Of a stretch of 64,000 nt of DNA, positions 11,584-21,775 are shown piece by piece. Location: assembly GCF_045037415.1 (NCBI RefSeq), contig NZ_CP173438.1. One strand, 5' to 3'. The stretch's first letter is position 1. Each line of letters begins with the position of its first letter. A program made the translations under genes and the position numbers. The notes below the pieces were generated by a model. It had not been told where the DNA came from and did no database searches. It was given only the letters and a program-made list of their open reading frames with translations. This DNA is from Escherichia coli (GTDB taxonomy: Bacteria; Pseudomonadota; Gammaproteobacteria; Enterobacterales; Enterobacteriaceae).

Positions 11584-12855
11584 TTACTCAATCAACTTCA
11601 ACAGTGGCGACAAGCATAACAAAATGCCGTACAGCAGAATCATCCAGGCTTTAAACCCGCGAAGTTTTTCCAGTTGTGAGACTTTATAGATCAGGAAAAA
11701 CGGAATGAGGCACGACACAATGCCATATAACGGGCTTCCCAACTGAAAGAACACCAGTACCGATACACGAAACGAAACCCAAATCGTCAACGTAATGACG
11801 ATAAAAGTGCAGATCGCCAGAGTCAGCACGCGTGAGTTAATTTTCCTGGTATCAATAATTCGGCTTAACAGATTGAGAATAATGCCTTTAATGGCCTCGT
11901 GGAAACCGAGATAAATGCCAAAGAATGCAGTCAGTACGGCAAAGATATTCAGCACCGTAGAGGTGATATGAATGATATGCCCAGGGATCACCTGCGCGGC
12001 CAGTGCCAGTGCCGAGATATTTTGTTCAAAGGCAGAAACGGCTTCTTCGTGGCTAATTGAGAAGGTAAACGAAAAGGCAAAAAACAGGATCACCGCGATG
12101 AGCGTGACATAACTAATTCGGTGGGTACGCAGCGCGAGCCGGGTTGCCAGTACTTTATCCGCTTCCCGTTTACGATAGGCAATATTCATTGGGTTAAGTA
12201 CCTGAATAAATACCGCGGAAAAGAAGCAAAATGGAATAGTAAGCAGGACATCGCGGAAAAAGTCGGAGGCTTGCGGGAAGGCGGTTATATTGGCGAAATT
12301 CCAGTGCGGGATCATCGCAAAACCGAACACGACAATAATCCCTACTTTGACCACCACCATTGGTCCGGAAATCTTAAACAGTAATCGTTCACCACCAGAC
12401 GCAATCGCCACCAGTACGGCGAAAATGGCGACTTTATAAAATAGAGATTGAGAAAGATCGGCATCGGTTAAACCGAAGGTTTTCAGGTACGAGGCGCTGT
12501 CGAAAACCACGGAGAGAGAGTAGATAAAAATCCCGTGGATAATCATCAAAAAGTAGATAACCCCGAGGAAAATTCCCCAGTTCTTCCCCAGGTAATGACT
12601 GATAATATCGGTGTAGTCATTACAGGAATCGCTTTCAGAAAGGGTTTTTAAATAAATGTCCTGTACTACCCAGGTGGCAGGATAAGCAATGATCGCTGCG
12701 GTAATAAATACCCAAATTCCCTTCAAGCCAATTTGTACTGGCATCAGCACGGTTCCGGCACCAATCGCCATGCCTATGCATAATAAAACCCAGCCGAAGT
12801 CGTAGCGTGTAAACGGCAATTTCTGATCGTGTTTCGGTAGTGTGTTGTGCTGCAT
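11584..12855 (-). CDS. yhjV: Putative amino acid (HAAAP family) transporter YhjV
   Basis: ORF 11584..12918 trimmed to ATG at 12855 ([15 protein letters not shown]...), 423 aa, multi-TM. Confidence 0.85.
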   Translation of the reverse strand: MQHNTLPKHDQKLPFTRYDFGWVLLCIGMAIGAGTVLMPVQIGLKGIWVFITAAIIAYPATWVVQDIYLKTLSESDSCNDYTDIISHYLGKNWGIFLGVIYFLMIIHGIFIYSLSVVFDSASYLKTFGLTDADLSQSLFYKVAIFAVLVAIASGGERLLFKISGPMVVVKVGIIVVFGFAMIPHWNFANITAFPQASDFFRDVLLTIPFCFFSAVFIQVLNPMNIAYRKREADKVLATRLALRTHRISYVTLIAVILFFAFSFTFSISHEEAVSAFEQNISALALAAQVIPGHIIHITSTVLNIFAVLTAFFGIYLGFHEAIKGIILNLLSRIIDTRKINSRVLTLAICTFIVITLTIWVSFRVSVLVFFQLGSPLYGIVSCLIPFFLIYKVSQLEKLRGFKAWMILLYGILLCLSPLLKLIE

Positions 12856-13211
12856 AAAGTCCTGTCCAGAAAGAAGTCGGCCTCGCAAAAATGAATAAAC
12901 CCAGTTTCTCTTGCGCAACAGGTGGAGAAGTCGAATACGCAGTATGTAAAAAATGAGGCAACAGATTCACTGGGGAGGTCGCGAGGAGGCGCAATTCTAC
13001 AAAATTGCGCATTTCACTACTAGTCTGGAGTCAGCCCGGATATGAGCTGCAACTATTGCAAATAAAGAAATTAAGCTGGAAGGCATCACGCAATGAGGAA
13101 GATTGCCGGGTGCTGACGGCAAAAAGCAATCGTAAAATCAGCGGCAAGCCGGAAGGGTTCCGGTGAGGCGCAATGTTGCGGGGGCTTTATCCCTGGTGGC
13201 ATTGGTTGCTG

Positions 13212-13278
13212 GAGAGAGAAAACCCCCGCACGTTGCAGGTATGCACCTGACAACATCACGGGGGCCATTCTTGCATCT
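13212..13278 (-). ncRNA. rdlD: Rdl-type antisense RNA (type I antitoxin), copy 1, approximate bounds
   Basis: Minus-strand segment overlapping the ldr leader about 55-120 nt upstream of the ldr ATG, ending in a GC stem plus U-run (plus-strand GAGAGAGAAAACCCCCG); resembles rdlD as I recall it. Ends not determinable from sequence alone. Confidence 0.4.
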
Positions 13279-13330
13279 AGACCATTCAAGAATAGCCGCG
13301 AAACGTTGTCATTACAACACAGGCGGCTAT

Positions 13331-13438
13331 ATGACGCTCGCAGAGCTGGGCATGGCCTTCTGGCATGATTTAGCGGCTCCGGTCATTGCTGGCATTCTTG
13401 CCAGTATGATCGTGAACTGGCTGAACAAGCGGAAGTAA
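13331..13438 (+). CDS. ldrD: Ldr-family type I toxin peptide (35 aa), copy 1
   Basis: MTLAELGMAFWHDLAAPVIAGILASMIVNWLNKRK, the last 35 codons of ORF-track entry 13163..13438; LdrD-like small hydrophobic peptide. Confidence 0.85.
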   Translation: MTLAELGMAFWHDLAAPVIAGILASMIVNWLNKRK

Positions 13439-13488
13439 CGTGTCATGCGGGCGTCAGGCTGCCGTAATGGCAATTTGCGCCCGGACCA

Positions 13489-13522
13489 GGCCGCAGAGGT
13501 GAAACTCTGCGGCCTTTTTCGT
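13489..13522 (+). terminator. Rho-independent terminator after ldr copy 1
   Basis: GGCCGCAGAG-GTGAAA-CTCTGCGGCC hairpin followed by TTTTT. Confidence 0.6.
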
Positions 13523-13694
13523 AAGAAAAATGCAACGGTTGCAAGCGGATAATATTCTGCGGAATGCGCAGCACAGAGTGAAGAAGTGATAGATTCCGGA
13601 ACAGAAAAACAGTCGTAGAATCAGCGTCAAGCCGGAAGGGTTCCGGTGAGGCGCAATGTTGCGGGGGCTTAATCCCTGGTGGCATTGGTTGCTG

Positions 13695-13761
13695 GAGAGA
13701 GAAAACCCCCGCACGTTGCAGGTATGCACCTGACAACATCACGGGGGCTAATCTTGAACCT
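13695..13761 (-). ncRNA. rdlD: Rdl-type antisense RNA, copy 2, approximate bounds
   Basis: Same position within repeat unit 2 (+483 bp from copy 1). Confidence 0.4.
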
Positions 13762-13813
13762 GAACAACTCAAGAATAGCCGCGAAACGTTGTCATTACAA
13801 CACAGGCGGCTAT

Positions 13814-13921
13814 ATGACGCTCGCAGAGCTGGGCATGGCCTTCTGGCATGATTTAGCGGCTCCGGTCATTGCTGGCATTCTTGCCAGTATGATCGTGAGC
13901 TGGCTGAACAAGCGGAAGTAA
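13814..13921 (+). CDS. ldrD: Ldr-family type I toxin peptide (35 aa), copy 2 (N29S variant)
   Basis: MTLAELGMAFWHDLAAPVIAGILASMIVSWLNKRK, the last 35 codons of ORF 13679..13921. Confidence 0.85.
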   Translation: MTLAELGMAFWHDLAAPVIAGILASMIVSWLNKRK

Positions 13922-13971
13922 CGTGTCATGCGGGCGTCAGGCTGCCGTAATGGCAATTTGCGCCCGGACCA

Positions 13972-14005
13972 GGCCGCAGAGGTGAAACTCTGCGGCCTTT
14001 TTCGT
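13972..14005 (+). terminator. Rho-independent terminator after ldr copy 2
   Basis: Same hairpin plus T-run as after copy 1. Confidence 0.6.
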
Positions 14006-14177
14006 AAGAAAAATGCAACGGTTGCAAGCGGATAATATTCTGCGGAATGCGCAGCACAGAGTGAAGAAGTGACGGATTCCGGAGCAGAAAAACAGTCGTA
14101 GAATCAGCGGCAAGCCGGAAAGGTTCCGGTGAGGCGCAATGTTGCGGGGGCTTTATCCCTGGTGGCATTGGTTGCTG

Positions 14178-14244
14178 GAGAGAGAAAACCCCCGTACGTT
14201 GCAGGTATGCACCTGACAACATCACGGGGGCTAATCTTGAACCT
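14178..14244 (-). ncRNA. rdlD: Rdl-type antisense RNA, copy 3, approximate bounds
   Basis: Same position within repeat unit 3; one substitution in the GC stem relative to copies 1 and 2 (CCCCCGTACG versus CCCCCGCACG). Confidence 0.35.
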
Positions 14245-14296
14245 TAACAACTCAAGAATAGCCGCGAAACGTTGTCATTACAACACAGGCGGCTAT

Positions 14297-14404
14297 ATGA
14301 CGCTCGCAGAGCTGGGCATGGCCTTCTGGCATGATTTAGCGGCTCCGGTCATTGCTGGCATTCTTGCCAGTATGATCGTGAACTGGCTGAACAAGCGGAA
14401 GTAA
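14297..14404 (+). CDS. ldrD: Ldr-family type I toxin peptide (35 aa), copy 3
   Basis: MTLAELGMAFWHDLAAPVIAGILASMIVNWLNKRK, the last 35 codons of ORF 14129..14404; identical to copy 1. Confidence 0.85.
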   Translation: MTLAELGMAFWHDLAAPVIAGILASMIVNWLNKRK

Positions 14405-14454
14405 CGTGTCATGCGGGCGTCAGGCTGCCGTAATGGCAATTTGCGCCCGGACCA

Positions 14455-14488
14455 GGCCGCAGGGGGAAACTCTGCGGCCTTTTTCGTT
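14455..14488. terminator. Hairpin between convergent ldr copy 3 and bcsG (candidate bidirectional terminator)
   Basis: GGCCGCAG...CTGCGGCC stem with altered loop, T-run on plus strand, immediately adjacent to the bcsG stop. Confidence 0.45.
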
Positions 14489-14489
14489 C

Positions 14490-16169
14490 TTACTGCGGGT
14501 AAGGCACCCAGTCGCCGCCGTTCAGGCGAACGTACGGTTTATCCTGGTATTGAATAACTACTGCATTTGAGTTCTCGGAGACCGGTGCTGTTTGTGGTAA
14601 CCCACTGGTGAGTTTTTTCCAGTCAACATTGTCTTCGGTGAAAATCTTGCCATCAAGAACGCGAACCACCAGATCGGAGATAGCCAGGAAGCTGCTCGGT
14701 TGGTCGATGACAATCGGAGCCCCCTGATGTGGTGCCTTCATGCCGAAGAATTTCACCCCAACGGGGACGTCTGTGATAGACGGGCTAGGGATATCACGTA
14801 GACCAGATACCTGCATTCTGTCGCCCTTCAGCGCGCCGCCGTGTTCCGGCACCACGACCACCATCACTTTACGACCCGATTTCTCCAGTTCAGTAAAGAA
14901 GGCGTCCAGTTCATCAAAGAATTTTTGCGCCCGCGCTTTGTAATCCGCTGTTTTGCTGACGCCCGGATAATGGTTGCCGTCATGCAGTGGAAGCGTGTTG
15001 TAGAACGTGGCACTACGGCTGTTTTTATCTTTTTCGGTAACGTCCAGCCAACGGTTAAGCACGGCGGTATCGTCATAAACCGGCGAACCATCAAAGCCCA
15101 GCAAAATAACCGGCAGATTTGTTTGATCCATCAATTCGCTCTGCATGCCGCCATTTTCGCGAACTTCCTTCAAAAAACCACCGAACTGGCCGTTATGTCC
15201 CATCATCAGGTGCTGGGTAAAGCCCAGTTTCGACAGGTTATCAAACAGATAGCAGTCGTTATTTGCCGGTTGATACAGATTAGTGTGCGAAGTCTGCCCG
15301 CAGCTGGCGCGCAGTAAACGGATCGCCGCCGGGCCACTGTAGGAGGTGGCGGAGTTAAAGTTCTTGAACTCAATATCGAAATGCGACCACAGTGGATGCG
15401 ACATCAATCCGGCGGCTTCAATATCCGACCAGGAAAGCGAACAGATATTAATCACCAGTAGTTCAAATGGCTGAGCATCAGCGGGCAGCGAAGACGGGAA
15501 GATCGATTTACGTTTCGCCTCCGCGTTATAGAAATTATTCAGCCAGGCGTTAAGGTTTGCTGTTGTTGGCGGTGCAGTTTGTGCGGGCATATCACCCACT
15601 ATCGGTGCGCCACCCGTCGCCGCAACGGTTGCCGCTGCGTTACCACCCGTCGTTGTTACAGTGGTCGTTGGTTGACCGGCTGGCCACAAGGAGAAACTTG
15701 GTCCCGCCAGGGTAAGTACGTTCAGCCATAGCAGAATGGCAACCACAAAAACGGTAATGCGAATCCATTGTGACAGGAATAACCAGGCCACGAATAAAAC
15801 AAAAATGGCCCCAATCATCTGCCAGTTAATAAAGCGTGTGACAAGATCGATTAAATAATCGGTACTGAACCCCGCCACCTGCGAACCCTGGCTCATTATG
15901 CTTTCCGGACCAGGCAACCAGGTGTCATGCCAGAACAAAGCAAAGCCGATCGGCAGGGCAATCCAGTGGCGCAAGCGATGCAGGCTATAGTGCGGAATGG
16001 GCATCAGTAGAAACGCGGCAAACACCAAATTGAGGAGCGGATGGAAGTTAAGATATCCCGCCCACAACAGGCCGAACTTAACCAGAAAATAGAAGTTCCA
16101 GCCGGAAAGGCCGCGCCAGTATTGCCAGAGGGAAGAAGGCATGGCGGTATTTTGCGTAAATTGAGTCAT
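14490..16169 (-). CDS. bcsG: Cellulose biosynthesis protein BcsG
   Basis: 559 aa with N-terminal TM segments, recognised as BcsG (YhjU); operon bcsEFG. Confidence 0.9.
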
Positions 16170-16357
16170 TTTTTGGTTGCCCTGGCTTTTTCCGTGCGGC
16201 GTAACGTCCCGGCCGGTTTAACATAACGAGGTTTAGCAAAGAACAAACGTAAGGTGTCGCGAATGCGTCGCAAAGAGTGCCGCGCCAGATAGCCCAGCGG
16301 GAAAAATATCAGTGCGCAAACGACAATAATTTCAATGATATCGCTGATGGTCATCAT
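16166..16357 (-). CDS. bcsF: Cellulose biosynthesis small membrane protein BcsF
   Basis: 63 aa ([31 protein letters not shown]...), single TM; 4-bp overlaps with bcsE and bcsG. Confidence 0.85.
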
Positions 16358-17925
16358 GATGAGCGCTCCACAGCATCATCTAACAGTCGCATTGGTTCTG
16401 GTATTCGTCGCCAGTGGCGACCATCATGCTCGGCATTGATGACCGGTTTAGAACTTTGCGCTAAAGGCAGCGGCATGCCCCATTGTTCTGGGGCAAGCAG
16501 GCGCATCTGCACCAGCTCGGCACTGATTTGATCATCTTCAAACCAGACCATTCGGTTTGAGAAAATGTCGCCAGTAGGCAATGGGAAAATATGATTCAAC
16601 GCGGTATCCAGATCGTTAATCCGACAGAATGAGAGAAACAGCACCAGCCGATTACCGCCAATGGTCATGATATCGCCGGTACGGTTAGGGCGACATAGCG
16701 TCAGGGCTTGCTCAACGCGGATACCCGGTACCGGACGTAGGGCAACCAGAACGCCTTTACCGTGGGCAGGTAATAGAGGGTTATTCATCATGTTGTTGAC
16801 GGCATTACAGAACACATCCCACTTCTGGAAACCACGCAGTTTGAGCGGCTGGGTCATTGACAGCAAGGTAGTGATATCTTCCGGCACATAGCGACTAAAC
16901 TTCTGCCCTTGCACGCTTTCGATCATCGTCAGACAGCGGGAGAGTGGCGCATTCCACGGGATAACCATATTTGCACCGCAGGCCAATAATAAACGTTCAT
17001 CGGTGGCGCGCAGGCTGGCGGTATTTTCCCGTACGAGGATTTTCATCGCACTACCGCGCTGGCGACGCAGAGTATGAATGCTGCGGGCCAGTGGCTCGAT
17101 TTGCGCATTTTGCTGTAAAGAAAAGACCACCGTCGCCGCCTGAGCGGTACGGGCTTCATTGAACAGGACTTCGTTATTGTTGAACAGTTGCCAGTGTTCC
17201 GATAGCGGCGGCGCACCTTCCAGTACAGCAACATTACTCAGAATGCGTTTTTCGTCGCTGCGTGGTTGGATTTCCGCCTCTTGGTGTTGAACTAATGTCC
17301 AGCAACCATTTTGTTGCTGAACGCTAAGTTGCTGACGGGCGCTGACCCCTTTTTCGTTGCACCAGAAAGCAATATCCAGCAAATGTTGGTCGCCCTGAAA
17401 ACGCAAACTGGCAAGACCAAAAAGTGACCGATATTCCTCAAGTAACAATGAAAATTGTTTATCGTTATTATTTCCGGAATTAATTACCAAAAGCGAACAA
17501 TGGTTTAGCCGGCTCCATTTATTCATTTTATCCAACCATGAGCGAAGCCGCTCGGCAGGAATGTTTTGCCATGCATTATTTGCGCAAACAAGAATAAAAA
17601 GGTAATTATGGGGATCAATAGAACACTGCAAATCACGGGCCAAATAGTATAGACCTTTTTCATGATTTAGCATCGAAAATAATGTTATTTTTTCCGGCCC
17701 TTGAGAATCATCTAATTGAAAGATTTTCGCTGGATCGCTGTCCATGCTAATGACCGCGACGTGTGCGGTTTCAGCCTGGGATGCAATTGTTTGATTCGCC
17801 AGACTGATAGCATCTTCATGGCGATCGACGTTAAACCACCAGACGCCGCCTGCTGGCATATGTCGCAGCTCATCCCATAATGATGAGATACCGATAGAGA
17901 ATACAGGGTCCACAATGTCCCTCAT
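16354..17925 (-). CDS. bcsE: Cellulose biosynthesis c-di-GMP-binding protein BcsE
   Basis: 523 aa, recognised as BcsE (YhjS); first gene of bcsEFG, divergent from bcsR. Confidence 0.9.
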
Positions 17926-18197
17926 GTCAACATTTTGTCTGATTATCAGTTTACTAGCGAAAGCTAAGAAATAAACCTACCATTGAAATTAAAACTTATC
18001 AGATTTAGCATGTGAATCAATTTAGCAGGTCACAAGACATGTGATTTTAGTCTTTTCGTTTTTAACTTTTTCTGTTGCATAACGGAAAGTCAAAAAGTGA
18101 GCACATTCCCGTCTCGCCGTAAACAATAAACCGACGAAATGCTCACAGTTAGAATTGTCTCATGAACGGTACGGTTATTTCATAGGGATCAAGAAAA

Positions 18198-18386
18198 ATG
18201 AATAACAATGAACCAGATACTCTGCCTGATCCCGCGATAGGCTATATCTTCCAGAATGATATTTTGGCGTTAAAGCAGGCATTTTCACTGCCTGATATTG
18301 ATTATGCCGATATTTCCCAACGCGAACAGTTGGCCGCGGCATTAAAACGCTGGCCGTTGCTGGCAGAGTTTGCGCAACAAAAGTAG
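18198..18386 (+). CDS. bcsR: Cellulose biosynthesis protein BcsR
   Basis: 62 aa (MNNNEPDTLPDPAIGYIFQNDILALKQAF...), first gene of bcsRQABZC. Confidence 0.85.
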   Translation: MNNNEPDTLPDPAIGYIFQNDILALKQAFSLPDIDYADISQREQLAAALKRWPLLAEFAQQK

Positions 18387-18397
18387 GGGATTGGTGA

Positions 18398-19150
18398 ATG
18401 GCCGTACTGGGATTGCAGGGGGTTCGGGGAGGCGTGGGGACAACAACCATCACCGCCGCATTAGCCTGGTCATTACAAATGTTGGGAGAAAATGTCCTGG
18501 TGGTCGATGCCAGCCCGGACAACTTGTTGCGCCTGTCATTTAACGTTGATTTTACCCACCGTCAGGGTTGGGCCAGAGCTATGCTGGATGGCCAGGACTG
18601 GCGTGACGCCGGGTTGCGCTATACCTCGCAGCTCGATTTGCTGCCTTTTGGTCAGTTATCGATTGAAGAACAAGAAAATCCACAGCACTGGCAAACCCGG
18701 CTGAGCGATATTTGCTCCGGCTTACAGCAACTAAAAGCCAGCGGGCGTTACCAGTGGATTTTAATTGACTTACCGCGTGATGCCTCGCAGATAACCCACC
18801 AGCTGCTGAGTTTGTGCGATCACTCGCTGGCAATCGTCAATGTGGATGCCAACTGCCATATCCGACTGCATCAGCAAGCGCTGCCGGATGGTGCACATAT
18901 TTTGATTAATGACTTCCGTATTGGCAGCCAGGTTCAGGACGATATTTACCAGCTTTGGTTGCAAAGCCAGCGCCGATTGCTGCCGATGCTCATTCATCGT
19001 GATGAAGCGATGGCTGAATGTCTGGCAGCTAAGCAACCAGTCGGTGAATATCGCAGTGATGCGCTGGCGGCTGAAGAGATACTGACGCTGGCGAACTGGT
19101 GCCTGTTGAATTATTCCGGGCTGAAAACGCCAGTCGGGAGTGCATCATGA
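18398..19150 (+). CDS. bcsQ: Cellulose biosynthesis protein BcsQ (ParA/MinD-like ATPase), intact reading frame
   Basis: 250 aa uninterrupted (MAVLGLQGVRGGVGTTTITAALAWSL...); codon 6 is Leu (TTG), where K-12 carries a stop. Confidence 0.9.
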   Translation: MAVLGLQGVRGGVGTTTITAALAWSLQMLGENVLVVDASPDNLLRLSFNVDFTHRQGWARAMLDGQDWRDAGLRYTSQLDLLPFGQLSIEEQENPQHWQTRLSDICSGLQQLKASGRYQWILIDLPRDASQITHQLLSLCDHSLAIVNVDANCHIRLHQQALPDGAHILINDFRIGSQVQDDIYQLWLQSQRRLLPMLIHRDEAMAECLAAKQPVGEYRSDALAAEEILTLANWCLLNYSGLKTPVGSAS

Positions 19151-21765
19151 GTATCCTGACCCGGTGGTTGCTTATCCCGCCGGTCAACGCACGGCTTATT
19201 GGGCGTTATCGCGATTATCGTCGTCACGGCGCGTCGGCTTTCAGCGCGACGCTCGGCTGTTTCTGGATGATCCTGGCCTGGATTTTTATTCCGCTGGAGC
19301 ACCCGCGCTGGCAGCGTATTCGCGCAGAACATAAAAACCTGTATCCGCATATCAACGCCTCGCGTCCGCGTCCGCTGGACCCGGTCCGTTATCTTATTCA
19401 AACATGCTGGTTACTGATCGGTGCATCGCGCAAAGAAACGCCGAAACCGCGCAGGCGGGCATTTTCAGGTCTACAAAATATTCGTGGACGTTACCATCAA
19501 TGGATGAATGAGCTGCCTGAGCGCGTTAGCCATAAAACACAGCATCTTGATGAGAAAAAAGAGCTCGGTCATTTGAGTGCCGGGACGCGGCGGTTGATCC
19601 TCGGTATCATCGTCACCTTCTCGCTGATTCTGGCGTTAATCTGCGTTACTCAGCCGTTTAACCCGCTAGCGCAGTTTATCTTCCTGATGCTGCTGTGGGG
19701 GGTAGCGCTGATCGTACGGCGGATGCCGGGGCGCTTCTCGGCGCTGATGCTGATTGTGCTGTCGCTGACCGTTTCTTGCCGTTATATCTGGTGGCGTTAC
19801 ACCTCGACGTTAAACTGGGACGATCCGGTCAGCCTGGTGTGCGGGCTTATTCTGCTCTTCGCTGAAACGTACGCGTGGATTGTGCTGGTGCTCGGCTATT
19901 TCCAGGTCGTATGGCCGCTGAATCGTCAGCCGGTGCCATTGCCGAAAGATATGTCGCTGTGGCCGTCGGTGGATATCTTTGTCCCGACTTACAACGAAGA
20001 TCTCAACGTGGTGAAAAATACCATTTACGCTTCGCTGGGTATCGACTGGCCGAAAGACAAGCTGAACATCTGGATCCTCGATGACGGCGGCAGGGAAGAG
20101 TTTCGCCAGTTTGCGCAAAACGTGGGGGTGAAATATATCGCCCGTACCACTCATGAACATGCGAAAGCGGGCAACATCAACAATGCGCTGAAATATGCCA
20201 AAGGCGAGTTCGTGTCGATATTCGACTGCGACCACGTACCAACGCGATCGTTCCTGCAAATGACCATGGGCTGGTTCCTGAAAGAGAAACAGCTGGCGAT
20301 GATGCAGACGCCGCACCACTTCTTCTCGCCGGATCCGTTTGAACGCAACCTGGGGCGTTTTCGTAAAACGCCGAACGAAGGCACGCTGTTTTATGGTCTG
20401 GTGCAGGACGGCAATGATATGTGGGATGCCACTTTCTTCTGCGGTTCATGTGCGGTGATTCGCCGTAAGCCGCTGGATGAGATTGGCGGTATTGCTGTCG
20501 AAACGGTAACCGAAGATGCGCACACTTCTCTGCGTCTGCACCGTCGTGGCTACACCTCAGCGTATATGCGTATTCCGCAGGCAGCGGGGCTGGCGACCGA
20601 AAGTCTCTCGGCGCATATCGGTCAGCGTATTCGCTGGGCGCGCGGGATGGTGCAAATCTTCCGTCTCGATAACCCGCTCACCGGTAAAGGGCTGAAGTTT
20701 GCTCAGCGGCTGTGCTATGTCAACGCCATGTTCCACTTCTTGTCGGGCATTCCACGACTGATCTTCCTGACTGCGCCGCTGGCGTTCCTGCTGTTTCATG
20801 CCTACATCATCTACGCGCCAGCGTTGATGATCGCCCTGTTCGTGCTACCGCATATGATCCATGCCAGCCTGACTAACTCGAAGATCCAGGGCAAATATCG
20901 CCACTCTTTCTGGAGTGAAATCTACGAAACGGTGCTGGCGTGGTATATCGCACCACCGACGCTGGTGGCGCTGATTAACCCGCACAAAGGCAAATTTAAC
21001 GTCACCGCCAAAGGTGGACTGGTGGAAGAAGAGTACGTCGACTGGGTGATCTCGCGGCCCTACATCTTCCTTGTTCTGCTCAACCTGGTGGGCGTAGCGG
21101 TTGGGATCTGGCGCTACATCTATGGTCCGCCAACCGAGATGCTCACCGTGGTCGTCAGTATGGTGTGGGTATTCTACAACCTGATTATTCTCGGCGGCGC
21201 AGTCGCAGTATCGGTAGAAAGCAAACAGGTACGCCGATCGCACCGCGTGGAGATGACGATGCCCGCAGCAATTGCCCGCGAAGATGGTCACCTCTTCTCG
21301 TGTACCGTTCAGGATTTCTCCGACGGTGGTTTGGGGATCAAGATCAACGGTCAGGCGCAGATTCTGGAAGGGCAGAAAGTGAATCTGTTGCTTAAACGCG
21401 GTCAGCAGGAATACGTCTTCCCGGCTCAGGTGGCGCGCGTGATGGGTAATGAAGTTGGGCTGAAATTAATGCCGCTCACTACCCAGCAACATATCGATTT
21501 TGTGCAGTGTACGTTTGCCCGTGCGGATACATGGGCGCTCTGGCAGGACAGCTACCCGGAAGATAAGCCGCTGGAAAGTCTGCTGGATATTCTGAAGCTC
21601 GGCTTCCGTGGCTACCGCCATCTGGCGGAATTTGCGCCTTCTTCGGTGAAGGGCATATTCCGTGTGCTGACTTCTCTGGTTTCCTGGGTTGTATCGTTTA
21701 TTCCGCGCCGCCCGGAGCGGAGCGAAACGGCACAACCATCGGATCAGGCTTTGGCTCAACAATGA
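19147..21765 (+). CDS. bcsA: Cellulose synthase catalytic subunit BcsA
   Basis: ORF 19099..21765 trimmed to ATG at 19147 (MSILTRWLLIPPVNARLIGRY...), 872 aa; glycosyltransferase core (QTPH, QRIRW) and C-terminal PilZ-like region; ATGA overlap with bcsQ stop. Confidence 0.95.
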   Translation: MSILTRWLLIPPVNARLIGRYRDYRRHGASAFSATLGCFWMILAWIFIPLEHPRWQRIRAEHKNLYPHINASRPRPLDPVRYLIQTCWLLIGASRKETPKPRRRAFSGLQNIRGRYHQWMNELPERVSHKTQHLDEKKELGHLSAGTRRLILGIIVTFSLILALICVTQPFNPLAQFIFLMLLWGVALIVRRMPGRFSALMLIVLSLTVSCRYIWWRYTSTLNWDDPVSLVCGLILLFAETYAWIVLVLGYFQVVWPLNRQPVPLPKDMSLWPSVDIFVPTYNEDLNVVKNTIYASLGIDWPKDKLNIWILDDGGREEFRQFAQNVGVKYIARTTHEHAKAGNINNALKYAKGEFVSIFDCDHVPTRSFLQMTMGWFLKEKQLAMMQTPHHFFSPDPFERNLGRFRKTPNEGTLFYGLVQDGNDMWDATFFCGSCAVIRRKPLDEIGGIAVETVTEDAHTSLRLHRRGYTSAYMRIPQAAGLATESLSAHIGQRIRWARGMVQIFRLDNPLTGKGLKFAQRLCYVNAMFHFLSGIPRLIFLTAPLAFLLFHAYIIYAPALMIALFVLPHMIHASLTNSKIQGKYRHSFWSEIYETVLAWYIAPPTLVALINPHKGKFNVTAKGGLVEEEYVDWVISRPYIFLVLLNLVGVAVGIWRYIYGPPTEMLTVVVSMVWVFYNLIILGGAVAVSVESKQVRRSHRVEMTMPAAIAREDGHLFSCTVQDFSDGGLGIKINGQAQILEGQKVNLLLKRGQQEYVFPAQVARVMGNEVGLKLMPLTTQQHIDFVQCTFARADTWALWQDSYPEDKPLESLLDILKLGFRGYRHLAEFAPSSVKGIFRVLTSLVSWVVSFIPRRPERSETAQPSDQALAQQ

Positions 21766-21775
21766 TGATAACGCG

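Larger units (their letters stand above)
13130..14488. repeat. Tandem long direct repeat array (three units, 483-bp period), each unit carrying an ldr toxin ORF, antisense rdl region and terminator
   Basis: Ldr ATG codons at 13331, 13814 and 14297 are exactly 483 bp apart; flanking sequence is near-identical between units with a few substitutions. Confidence 0.85.

Noticed and set aside
13086-14225. Three repeated minus-strand ORFs (67-109 aa, ...MPPGIKPPQHCASPEPFRL...) within the ldr/rdl repeats
   Set aside because: Their repetition reflects the DNA repeat itself; they run antisense across the ldr ORF, terminator and rdl region and have no start-site signals. More parsimoniously non-coding.
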